A stretch of 56,630 nt of DNA, filler included, from Dugesia japonica (taxonomy: Eukaryota): assembly GCA_001938525.1 (NCBI GenBank). It is 4 parts of 4 records of this genome, joined end to end, with 100 filler letters (N's around TTAATTAATTAA, not from the genome) between each part and the next. Parts side by side here need not be neighbours in the genome. Positions count along the whole stretch, not along the records: positions 1 to 17,554 come from MQRL01175778.1; 3 more parts are not named here. One strand, 5' to 3'. A program made the position numbers and the translations under genes. The notes under the pieces are model-generated. The model saw only the letters and a program-made list of their open reading frames with translations. It had not been told where the DNA came from and did no database searches. The stretch's first letter is position 1. Every line of letters starts with the position of its first letter. Shown here in pieces: positions 1-11,500 of the stretch.

Positions 1-439
1 GATAAAATATAAAGAATTTAGTAACAAAGATCTATTGCATTGAATATCTCAAGAAGCCAACATGTTCCTGAAGATAAACCAATATTTTCCAATAGTAAAA
101 CACATATTTTGAATTACCCTTTCAAATTATTTAATTTAACGATCGTTTTTTTAGTTAATGATTTAACTTTTTCATCAATTATTCCGGAACAGTAGTTTCT
201 GAATAAGGCATAGCCGAAATATTGAACCATCTATGAAAATAGAAAAACATCGTTTTGATTTTTGCAATTGAAAATAAATTTTACTTATTAAATTTGTTTT
301 TCAAAATATTTGTTAACTCCATAACAATGGAAAAGTTAATTTTTAGAAAATAAATTTTGAAATGAAAATTTCAATTTACAAAATGAAACTTATTATTTTA
401 ATACATTAAGAAATTATAATACATGTGTTAGATGATTTT

Positions 440-1182
440 TGATAACTCGGATTCTCAACATAATGATATGGTGCTTCACCTTTTTCCAACCATTGCGAAG
501 CCCGCTTTCTATTGTCGTATACAATTCATTTTTTGTCGCAAGTCACAATGCAATCAAGAAAGAAAAGGATTGGTTTAATTTCTAAACAGATTCGCTGTGC
601 AGATCTCGTAACGGTGGTTTTTCTGAAAATCGTTAAATTTTTGCGGAAACTATTTATTTAGCTTCAATACTTTTCCAAGTTGATGGAGGTGGTATAAAGC
701 TATTACATGACTTAGGCCTAAATTCTTACCAAGCTTCCGAGTTGTTGCGCATAGACCTGATTCAATCATTACATTCAAATCGTCCTTGCAAACTTCTGAT
801 GGACGTCTTCAAACTCCGCCATCTTCAAGGCTTTCATCTCCACTCCTGAAATTTTTAACCAAAATTACACCATTCTTTCTTTTGTAGTTTCATTGCCAAA
901 TGCGTTGTTGGCTTTCCGAGTTGTCTCTGCTGTTTTAGATCCCAGTTTAAATTTATATAGGAATATTGCTCGTATTTGATATTTATCCAACATGTCTTCC
1001 AAAAATAATATTTCACAAAAAATAAAATTACAATAAAATAGTAATAAAAACAAAATATTACTTTTATAATGTAGAATTGAATATCCGCATCAAAAATGAT
1101 TTAAAGAATAATATATTAAAACAAATCGCTCTTTTAAAGTAATAATATATAAAACCGCAATAACTTTCTTACCAACCTAATA
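440..1182 (-). mobile_element. Truncated, decayed mariner (Hsmar1/cecropia-like) DNA transposon
   Basis: The 5' TIR on the minus strand reads TA-TTAGGTTGGTAAGAAAGTTATTGCGGTTTT (1151-1182). The 865-1053 ORF has the mariner HTH N-terminus (QIRAIFLYKFKLGSKTAETTR...AFG). A downstream frame gives FLDCIVTCDKK*IVYDNRKRASQWL (first catalytic D). The C-terminal half and 3' TIR are absent. Confidence 0.9.
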
Positions 1183-1205
1183 CTTTAAATGAAATATATT
1201 TTTTT

Positions 1206-1376
1206 AATAAAAGCTTTGATCAAAATTTGTTTATTCGGTTGTTGATAATAATTCTTTATTTTGGCTTTATCTTCGACAGGAATTGACAAAAAGAGGCAAT
1301 ATCTGGCGAAGACAAAGTCGAAATATAGAATTATTATCAACAACCGAAATAACAAATTTTGATCGAAGCTTTTATT
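1206..1376. repeat. Foldback/MITE-like inverted repeat (~74-bp arms, ~23-bp loop)
   Basis: 1206-1279 AATAAAAGCTTTGATCAAAATTTGTTTATTCGGTTGTTGATAATAATTC... is the reverse complement of 1303-1376 with few mismatches. Confidence 0.85.
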
Positions 1377-1559
1377 TTAAATGAATTCTGAAAAACGATC
1401 AATGGTTATGTCCAACATTTATTCTCGCAATAATTGCAATTGTGAAATATATTTTCTTTTAGTTTTTTGTATTTGATTATCTGTCATGTGTTATTGATAG
1501 ATATTTTAGTTCTCGTGATTAAAAACATAGACCTCTTAAGTAAACAATAGTTTTATGAG

Positions 1560-2577
1560 GTATGTTACTTATTACTTATTACTTATAAAAGAATGTGTAA
1601 CTTTTTATACTGATTCTTATGAGGTAAAATTCAAAATGATAAGATTAGTTTTAAATGAGGAAATTCTAAAGCAAAATCAAAGTGGTTTAAGGCGCCATCA
1701 TTTGCTGAGAGAACCAATCATATAATTTTAACAAAACTTATATATCAAAAAAAGAACTTTGAATTCTAAGAATATTGATATTAAATTCAACCTTATACAA
1801 TAACTCTTGCCTAAGAAATAAATTATTGAAATTTTTAATTAAAAACTTTGACCTCAATTATCATAGTAAAGATAACCTTTTCAAATGTTTTGCTTGCATA
1901 ATTTTCCAGCCTGAGTTTTAATTTTTTATCCAATAATATATGATTTGAGTTAAAATCTTTAAACCAACGGGGGTATGGTTTAGTTCACAACTATCTTTTC
2001 TGAGAGAACCAAGCGTGTTTTGAAAACTAAAGTTATATTCCTATAGAGGTTTTAATTCTTAGTCGAATAGTGTAAAAGTATTTTAAAAATTGATATTAAT
2101 TTAATTATAATTTATTTTTATATATGTAATTATATATTATTCCTTGAACGACGCATGTTTATACAGCAAAATTTATATGAAATATTACGATTTTAATTCT
2201 TTGACGATTAGTACTTCATTCAAAACCATAAAAGCATTTTTAACTGAGAAATTTCTAAACCAAAATCAAAGTGGGTTTTGGCGTTACTACTTTTTCTGAG
2301 AGAACCAAGCATTTTAAAACAGCAAATGTTCAGTTTTAAATTCTGAGTTCAAGAGTACCAACTGTAAAAATTTATGATAAAAATTCACCGAAAAAACTTT
2401 TAACGAATATTCAAATTTTTGAACTTCTCCAGCCAAACTTCGACCTATGAAATGCGAAATCAAAACTTTTTACTACCTAACTATTCGACCAATCAAATTA
2501 CATATATTCTGAACTAAAAAATCAAACTACTTTGCCGGCAAGAGGGATGCAGTTTAGTGCGCCACTATCTATTTACT
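1560..2577 (-). mobile_element. Solo Polinton-type terminal repeat built of ~290-bp tandem units
   Basis: The core CTGAGAGAACCAA recurs at ~1705, ~2000 and ~2295. The block ends in GTGCGCCACTATCTATTTACT (2557-2577; reverse complement AGTAAATAGATAGTGGCGCAC). It is homologous to 27170-27958. Confidence 0.6.
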
Positions 2578-3351
2578 ATGGGGACAATTAAAATTAATTA
2601 AAAATCACATTAAAATTTAAAAATACATTCTTGTTTCTAATTTGCTTTGGTCTCATTTGAAAATTCATTGCATTAAAATAAATAGTAAATATGGCCTTTT
2701 CACTTTGTATATATTTAAGAAATAATTTACCATATAATTTAACTAATAAGTATAAACTTTTAAGGTTTTACAGCCAGTGGCACGTTTAAGCATAATCGCA
2801 CTAGTTGTGAACCTAGATATCTTAAAGGGCTTCCAATTGAACGAATAAAAATTTTTAAATTAAAAGAAACTTTTATAAATTTAGACTTTAATAACTAATA
2901 CAAATAACTTATTTTATAATTTCATAATTTAGCATTCACATAAACGTATATTATTGTAATTAATTAATAATTGATTCTATTCATTTAGGCTAATATTATT
3001 CAATCTTTTGCAAAGCAACATAGAACTTGCTAGCAACTAGTCTCTGCTGCAGTTTACGTCATTAATATAATATAAATATCATCAATATAATTGAAATTTG
3101 AAGTTTTAAAGAAACGTATTGCACATAAGCTAAGGCTGCACACCACCAGTCTACCCTCAGTGTACATGTTAAAAAGGCTCCAAAAAAGAGTGCTCATACG
3201 GACTAATTTTCTGTAAACGTAGTGAAATTTAAATACAAATTTATTAATCTAGATGAATAAATTAAGATAATTAAGATGAAATAATGAATTGAAACTTTAC
3301 TAAGAATTAGTAGTAATTCTTCTTTAAATTTTAAGTTTATTTATTTTTTAG

Positions 3352-3399
3352 ATAATGAAAATTTACTCCAAAATATAAATGAAAAAAATATTGAAAAAG
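3352..3399 (+). CDS. Candidate 48-nt symmetric (phase 1-1) micro-exon of an unidentified host gene
   Basis: tttttag|ATAATG...GAAAAAG|gtaatt. Open frame (D)NENLLQNINEKNIEK. Same length and phase as 7123-7170. Confidence 0.45.
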
Positions 3400-4896
3400 G
3401 TAATTTTTTTAATTAAAATGATTTACAAGTTAATTTATATTTATAATTGTTGTTATCAGCCAATTACTATCAATGTCATTGTCTGCAACAATCAATAGAT
3501 TGATATATTAAAAAACCAGTGGTGTGTGTTTGTGTCTAATTCTAATTATTTCAAATTTTAAACCTCAAAACTAATGATACAGATTTTTTTGAAAATAATT
3601 CATATATAGATTTATATGAGAAATATTAAACATTTTTCAATGAACATTAAACTGTTTTAAAATTTTTAACTTACTTATTTACATTCTGAATTATTTTTAA
3701 ATGCCAACATGAAATCTCAAAATGATGATAGTATCAATCCAAGAAGACAAATTGGTGAACCCTACAATAGCGTGGGAAAATCAAATAAAAAACCCATTAG
3801 ATTTCGTTGCAAATGGTCAATTTATTAAAGTTAATTAACTAATAAGTTAAACAGAATGCATAGAGGCTCTGTATAAAATATAGTACTGCAAGATTAATAG
3901 TTGCAAAATGAAGGTATTTTAAAATATATTAAGAATTCAATGGTATTTGTTTGTTTGTGCATGATCCTTAATATACTACTAATGGCTACAATTAAGAGGA
4001 ATATTTAATATTAATATTTTTGTAAATATTAATAAAATCTATATATGGATTAAGTTGAATTTGATTAAAGATGAAAAACTTCTGAACCAACCTTTAACCA
4101 CACCTGACCACAATGAATTCTAACGCAGGGCATGTTCTCAGAATTACCAGCATATTTCAACTTCATAAACAAAAAAAAATAAAAGCAATGAAGTCAAGTA
4201 AATAAAATTAATCATCAATGAAAAGACAAGTCAATTCTTTCATTGTGTAGAAATTATATGTAGCAAGTTTAGAAAAATCAAACCAAACTTATAAAGCCTC
4301 TCATTAGTCGATTCCCAACTAAAATTAAGTGTTTCTTATTAAATATTTTGAGTTCTAAAAAATTATTTGACTTTCCGCTTCCAAGCCAAAAGAAGTTTTC
4401 AAAACATATTTTTAGATGAATTTAATCATCAAGAATAGTAACTATGTAATTTAAAATGTATGACAATCAATTTCGTCTTTTAAGTTTCTTTTTATCTAAG
4501 CGCATTTTTTGATCATTGGACGGATTGCCAATCATAACCAACTTACTAATTTATTAAAAAGACAATCCTTTTTTAATATTGATAAATTATGAATATGATA
4601 AAGAACAATCATTTATCTAGATCAAATCAAAAAGAAATGTATGCATCTAAATCAGTATTTCTCAACCTCTTTTTGGCATATGGAACTAACTAAATCACCC
4701 ACCGATAAAAATTCGTTAATTTCTGCTACCTATTTAGTACTACATTGAAATAATTTTACAGTTTAATTAACACAATTATATGAATAAAAATAGTTAGAAA
4801 AAGCAAAGATATTATGAAACCTCTTTTTTATTAAAGTCTGTTCCTTATCCTCTAAATTGAAGAATAAAACGATTTGGAAATTAAATAATAATTGTA

Positions 4897-6777
4897 CAGT
4901 GGACTTTGGTTAATATGATGTCGTTTAATACGATAAAGCGTATATTGAAGATATTATTAACTGGACCCGTTTTCTTGTAAATTCATTTAACACAAAAGAA
5001 ATTCTGTTAGTACGATATCGTATAATAAGATATATCGGTTAATAAGATTAAAATTATTTTTTTAAAATTTTATAATGTCGCTTAATACAATTTAAAATTA
5101 GTTTAAATTTTCACATATAGACAAATTTTTTAAAACAACTGCTAAAAATATAAAAAATGAATACTAAAAGAAAAGATTTATGTATAAAAACCTAAATAAG
5201 CATTTAGATGATTTAAAAAATATGAAACAATCTAAAGTTGTCAAAAAATATAAATTGTCCCAAACAACTATGGCAACCATCAAGTCCAATGACATCAAGA
5301 TTCGGGAAATGTTTTTTCGCAATAATAAAGAAACAATGAAGCGACATCGAAATTCTTTTGCTGTTGAACTTGATGATGCTCTCCTTATGTGGTTTACAGA
5401 GCGATGTGATCAGAATTGTATGATATCTGGTCCGTTACTACTGGAAAAAGCTGCACAATTTAGTGTTCAAATAAGTTATAAGCCAGATGCATCATTGATT
5501 TAACGGTGAAAACAACGGCACAATATTAATTACAAGCAAGTTCTGATTAGTCTTTGGCTGATTCTTACATTGCCAAAGTCTTACCGAAAATAATTGCCGG
5601 ATATAATTCTAGAGATATTTACAACGCAGATGAGACTGCTTTATATTATAAAGAATTACCTAATGGAACATTACATTTAAAAAATATTGATACAGTAGCT
5701 GGTTATAAAACCTCTAAAGACAGGATAACTTTGCTGATTTTTACGAGTGCAGATGGCTCGGATAAAAGTATTACAGCAATTGGAAAATATAAAAGCCCTT
5801 GTTGTTTCAAAAATAAAACCGTTCCGTTGACTCATTATTCTAACAATAAATCATGGATGACGCAGTATATATTTAATGATATTTTAGAAAAGTTTAATCG
5901 TCGCATGATCAATGATAAAAGGAAAGTTATTTTATTTGTTGATAACGCAACTTGTCATTCCGGATGTTCAGAAATGTCCAACGTTAAAATTCATTTTTTG
6001 CCAGCTAACACAACTGCAATTATTCAGCTGTACGACCAAAGGATAATAAAAACGTTTAATACGCCGTTTAATAGCATTTTTGGATAATAACAATAAATCG
6101 ACAGTTTTCGAATTTTCCAAAACAATTGATATCTTACTGGCTCTTAACCTTGTGAAACACGCTTGGTCTTTAGTTAAGCCAGATTCAATTGCAAATTGTT
6201 TTCAACATTGTCACTTTAGTTCAAAAATAGCTGAAAATGATACAAATATATCAATTGATGAATATAATATGGATGAAATCATTAAGAAAGAAGATTTTGA
6301 TATTTTTTGTGAATGTGATAAAGAAGAACTTACAATCGCAATGCTAACAGATTGGGAAATATGTGAAAAAATTGTGTAAGGAATGCGATTGGAAGATGAT
6401 TCCATTGAAACTGAAAATTTCACTGGCAATGTGGAAGATCATATAAGTGCCAAAGGTGCGTTAGTCTCTGTCATGTCTGTTCGCCAATACCTTCAACAAA
6501 ACAATTTTAGTGTAGAAATTAACTTATAAAATTGAAGATGCAATTTTAAATAAACAGCGCTATTCTCAACAACTAACAATAACGGAATTTTTCAAAAAAT
6601 CGGACTTGTAATTAATAACTGTTTGGATAAATCGATTATTTCATTTATTTCTTAATCTTCGTTTTATATAGTACATCTTATGTAATTGAAATAATTGCAT
6701 TTCGCTTAATACGTTATATCGGTCATTACGATATTTTGTGGAAGTACCGACGACATCGTATTAACCGAAGTCCACTG
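4897..6777 (+). mobile_element. Full-length but inactivated Tigger/pogo (CENP-B-like) DNA transposon
   Basis: 28-bp TIRs CAGTGGACTT(T/C)GGTTAATA(T/C)GATGTCGT with 2 mismatches, and TA on both sides (4895-4896, 6778-6779). Confidence 0.95.
5158..6610 (+). pseudogene. Tigger-type transposase (CENP-B HTH + DDE_1, DD30D), broken by stops and frameshifts
   Basis: ORFs 5180-5503 (LDDALLMWF...ISGPLLLEKA), 5554-6087 (IYNADETALYY, KDRITLL, FVDNATCH, FLPANTTAIIQLYDQ) and 6080-6379 (AWSLVKPDSIANCF). Confidence 0.92.
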
Positions 6778-7122
6778 TATTCTGTAATAATAATCGTACT
6801 ATTTCTGCATTCACTTTTGATCGTTCATAAATTCCTTTTGATCGACAAAATTGAAAAACCCTGATCTAAATGAATTTAATAAATGTCTTTAATTTTAAAT
6901 AAATAACATATTTACCGTTTATCAATAAAATTTTTTGAGTGTATCCTATATTGATGATCTTTGTTTTAAAATATTAACTATTTTCTTTTTACATTAATCT
7001 TTATTATTTTCACTATTTAACAAATTATTTTTAACAAATTTAGCAAATTAGAAAATGTTTTTAATTAATTTATTTCTAAAAAAATTTTAAATTTGATTTA
7101 TTATATAAAGTCGATATTATAG

Positions 7123-7170
7123 ATAACATGAAAATGCCTGAAGAAATAAAAACAATAGTTAGTGAGAAAG
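7123..7170 (+). CDS. Candidate 48-nt symmetric (phase 1-1) micro-exon of an unidentified host gene
   Basis: tattatag|ATAACATG...GAGAAAG|gtaaat. Open frame (D)NMKMPEEIKTIVSEK. Confidence 0.45.
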
Positions 7171-7949
7171 GTAAATTTTATTAAATAAACAATTTAATAA
7201 TAAAGAAAATGTTTCGAATGTCTTCAATAATGTTATATTAGTAGTGGGATATTGGCACACTGTCCCAATTTTAAAAGCAGTTATCGCGCATTTCTTTTGA
7301 GAAGACTTTATATATGTATGAGATGAAGGAGTCTTGCATACCTATTGCATTTATTTAAAAAAATCAATAAAAATTCAAAATAATTGCTATATCAAGTTTT
7401 AAAATATCAAAATGGTAGCTATGTTGAGTTTAAAAAAAATTAAGATGGCGGCTGTTTTAAAACATTTTTCGTGGAAAATTTATTTAAAATTCTCAGACGC
7501 GTGATTTTCAGTGTATGTATGTTGCATCTCAGTTTCATCTGAGTTGCATACCTAATGTATTTATTAATAAAAAATTCCCAAGCACGTGATTTTCAGTGTA
7601 TGTGTGTTGTAGTTTTGTTTATATGAGTTGCATTTATTAAAATATATCTATCAAAAAACTTCAAAGAGGGGAGTCTTTGTGATATTTACATGATAAAACA
7701 TATCTATTAAAAAACTTGAAAGAGGGGAGTCCGTGTGATATTTACATAATAAAATATTCAAATTAAAATTTTTTTTACAAGATGATAAAAAACAAAGACC
7801 TATTTTCATACAAAAACACTTATAGCTAGGTAATTTTCTAAAATAACATATTACTAGTAACTATTTTCTATAAAAAACATATTACTAGTGATAACTTATT
7901 GAAACCAAAATTATTCAAGTCTAAATTTAAAAACATATAATGACCTAAA

Positions 7950-8396
7950 GGTGCAGATGAGGAGCATGTATTGACTAAATCTGAATTTTGTAATATTAAA
8001 ATGAAAATTATTAATAGTAATGATAAAAATTGGAGTAAAAGATTAAGACCAGGTGATGTTGTTGTTGTTGTTGTTGATGATCTATATCAGGAGGCAAATA
8101 AATAAAAATATTTCAATAATTTATTCACAAAGATATCAAGCCATCGTAATGCTGTTGTGATATTTATTACTCAAAATCTATTTCATCAAGGAGGTAATCA
8201 ATTTAAACGTGCAATATTTGGTTCTATTCAAAAATCCTAGCAACCATATCCAAATAACAGACAATTTCTTATTGAATCATTTCAAGATGCCACAGAAAAA
8301 TCACATGTATATCTATTTCTTGACTTTACACAACAATGTGCTGAAGATTATAGAGTAAGAACAGATATATTCAATCCAAATGGTAATTTTTCATAA
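7950..8396 (+). pseudogene. Polinton A32/FtsK-like packaging ATPase, C-terminal remnant
   Basis: Hand translation: RPGDVVVVVVDDLYQEANK*KYFNNLFTKISSHRNAVVIFITQNLFHQGG / NLNVQYLVLFKNP / FLIESFQDATEKSHVYLFLDFTQQCAEDYRVRTDIFNP. These are the Walker B, hhxQ and downstream motifs typical of Polinton ATPases. Walker A is missing. Confidence 0.88.
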
Positions 8397-9239
8397 TATT
8401 ACAAAAATGACATAATTAAAGAAATTTATAGTTGATCAAGTAACTGATGGTATTTGACTGATATCTTTTAAGAAGAAAAAGTATGGATTAAAGAAGAAAC
8501 AATCGCATAAGAGATCTCATATAAATAAGAAGCAACGAGTAAATAAAAGAAATATGTTTAAAAAACTTACTCCAAAAAACTATTACCGCGGACATTTGAT
8601 GTTTATGTGTAAAAATATTTATAATTTAAAACCAACGGCGGTTAATTAAGTTTTGTTTGTTTTATCTAATGATCATATTATTAGACATTGTTTTCGTTTT
8701 CCGATCAGAAATTTATTTATATTATTTACGTTATTTGATTAAGATTTTTCGAATTTAGTAATCAATAAACATTGAGTTTTAATAAGTAATATAAGTATAC
8801 ATTCTTCTATTTTCAATCATTAGTAATCTGATAATCATTATCATTATCGTTTAGTGCATTCCTAGCTTAACCGGTCTGTCACTCCTAACAAAGTATTAAG
8901 TGAGGACAGCAAAAATATATAAATAACATGGGACCTAAATCGCTTGTCCCAAAGAAAGTAGGAGGCCGATACCACTACTGCTAATGGTAAGGTGAAACTT
9001 TAAAAATCTAAATTCCGCAATTACTCGCTTAAAACCAAAGCCTATCATGTGCAAGAGAGACTAAGGAAAAGACAAGTGGACATTCTAGCCGGGATGATAA
9101 CCACCCTGCATGCGAGGGAAAATAAACTAGTAATGGATATTCTAACCTTTTGCAAGAAAATACCCTTAGAGCATATGTCCATTTCTCAATCTAACATTTT
9201 GTTGTTAACTTTTCTTAAGTCTAAAAACCGTGTTATCTA

Positions 9240-10290
9240 TTGATTAATAATTTGTTTTAAACTTTTACTGACTAAAATTCGGCTTTAAAACACTATCCGC
9301 CGATGTCTTAAGTTAATTCAGAAATTATTAGTAGAGAGGCATTTTGCTAATCGTTGTGAACGATCCCTATTGAAACACCTAACTCAACGCAACCGGTTAA
9401 TCAAAAAATTAGAATTTGTTAATAAAAACAGTACAATCTAGCCAAACAAGTTAAGTAAATACTCACCAACAAGATCGTCTTTTTAAAAGATACATCACGA
9501 CTTGTTCACTCTTTTACAATTAAAGACCTGAACAAGATGAAATAGCGATGACGACGAGGCCGCATTAGACTTTTCAAATGACGATCCCACCCAAAGACTT
9601 GACCCTGAGGTGTTAAATTACATGTAAAGTGAAAATATGTATGTAAAATAAATTTTCTTTCGAATTTATTGTTAATACTTTAAAGAGTCTTAATTAAGGC
9701 GAACTCTGAACCAGAATAGAAGTTGTAGAGTGTGTACTCCATATAAGTGCTGGGAGTCAACCACTCTAGACCAAAAACCTAAATAGGGACTTTAGGTAAA
9801 TTCTTCGATTTATATATTTAAAATAACAAATCATAGTTACCATGTAATATAGGTTTTTTTTCCTGATTTTTCCCCCAGCCTAATTTTTCTACATACAACT
9901 CAGGTGGAACCTCAACACATAGACGATATTTTCTTTGTCACTAACTCTTCTTTAGAAAATATTTTAGAACTAGCCAATAGTATCAATGATAACATTGAAT
10001 TCACTTTATAGAAGTCAATCGACTTTCAAATTCTTTTCTGGACACTTTAATCCAAAATAAACATGGTGAATTATTACTTACCTAGTTTTAAATGAAACCA
10101 TTTCACGGTGGACATATATTACCCTGGAGATCTAATACTACCATCAGACAGAAAAATGAAATAATCAAGGGTGAAACAATAAGAGCTGAAAGACTGTCTT
10201 CAAATGAATAAATGAGACTGATTTCCCTCAGGTTGATAAAAATTAAATTTCTAAATAGTAGTTTTCCAAATAGAATTGTATCTAAATATC
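9240..10290 (+). mobile_element. Penelope-like retroelement reverse transcriptase remnant
   Basis: IDDIFF (~9921), ANSINDNIEFTL*...FLDTLI, and KPFHGGHILPWRSNTTIRQKNEIIKGETIRAERLSS, matching Penelope RT palm/thumb motifs. Multiple stops. Confidence 0.75.
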
Positions 10291-10639
10291 TATCCTCTAT
10301 CTATCTATTTTTTTTCAATAATTACAAAATTTCTTTCAATAATTAAAATTATTAAATTTAAAAAAATTTGAAAGAGTTAGTGAAAAATTAGAGTTTTAAT
10401 ATTGTAATATTTTTATATTATTAACAAAAGATTTTTTGAGATTTAATTTTAATATATAAACAATATACTTAAAATAAACCAATAAAATTTCGATAAATGA
10501 TAAAGAATTTTGTAGCAAAGATATATTGTACTTTTGAATTATCAGAAAGTCATCAATCCTGAAAAAGAAAAGTGTCAAAAATTTGAATTTCTTTACAAAT
10601 ACATTTTATTTTGATCGAAGAGTTTTTATTCTAATCAAA

Positions 10640-11112
10640 TTACTCATTCATAGTTATACTTATTCGAGTCGCAAAGGTTTAAATAGAGCAAGACTGGTTG
10701 ATGTAAGTTTAAAAACGCAATTAAATTTATGTTTATCGAAATAACAATGAAAAGTAAATAAAACACTAAATTATAAAGTTCGTGATCATGTGAAAATTTC
10801 GAAAATATCAGCTTCGCCATTTAAAAAGAATTTCAATAGTAATTGGAGTGATGAAGTGTTTCAAATAACGAAAATCAACACGAAATAAAATTAGGTCATG
10901 TATATGATTAAAATTTATGAATATAATATTTGTGCAAGGAAAATTCTATGAACAAAAATTACTGGTCATTTTATCATCAGAGATATATAGATTAGAATAA
11001 ATTATCAGATAAAAGGGAACCTCAAGAATTAACAATACTATGTAAAGTGGCATGGATACAAAAAACAATATTGGATATTAGCATCAAAGATAGTTAATCA
11101 AGAAGAAAATTA
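10640..11112 (+). pseudogene. Polinton retroviral-like integrase C-terminus plus chromodomain remnant
   Basis: YKVRDHVKISKISASPFKKNFNSNWSDEVFQITKINT, GKFYEQKL, YRLE*II...QYYVKWHGYKKQYWI (chromodomain). Confidence 0.85.
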
Positions 11113-11114
11113 AG

Positions 11115-11500
11115 ATGAAATCAAATAATTTTATACACTTTTTCTGATTCATAGTAGTCCACTTGTTTATCCAAATAACACTAGTAGTAATTACATTGTT
11201 GAGCTTCAAAATCCAATTTACATAGATGTTAGTTGGGAATTAGCTATGATGAATTTCGCATTTGTTTATTCAGACATGCTAATTTACAGTTAATCTAGGA
11301 TTGAATAAAAAATTATTCAAGCCATCTAAAGGTAAACTAATAATTAATGTTAATAACAATGAAAAACCTTACTTTTAACTGTTACTTCTAAAGATGAATA
11401 TGAAAATTATAAGGAAGTAGATATAACATTAAAAGATAAAACATTTTACTTGCGATATTAGAATATACAGTTTAACAATTGATACTTTTGAAAACTAGAA
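11115..11500 (+). pseudogene. Polinton minor capsid/penton (PX-like) N-terminal remnant
   Basis: FYTLFLIHSSPLVYPNNTSSNYIVELQNPIYIDVSWELAMMNFAFVY resembles the conserved FYxxLPSxSSxxxxPxNTxxxFxxxLxxPIxLxxxWEVAL start. It lies immediately after the integrase, a common Polinton gene order. Confidence 0.65.

Larger units (their letters stand above)
4653..6863. mobile_element. Non-autonomous hAT (Charlie-like) MITE, ~330 bp, interrupted by a Tigger element
   Basis: Imperfect TIRs CAGTATTTCTCAA (4653) and TTGAAAAACCCTG (ends 6863). Exact 8-bp TSD ATCTAAAT at 4645-4652 and 6864-6871. Confidence 0.8.
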
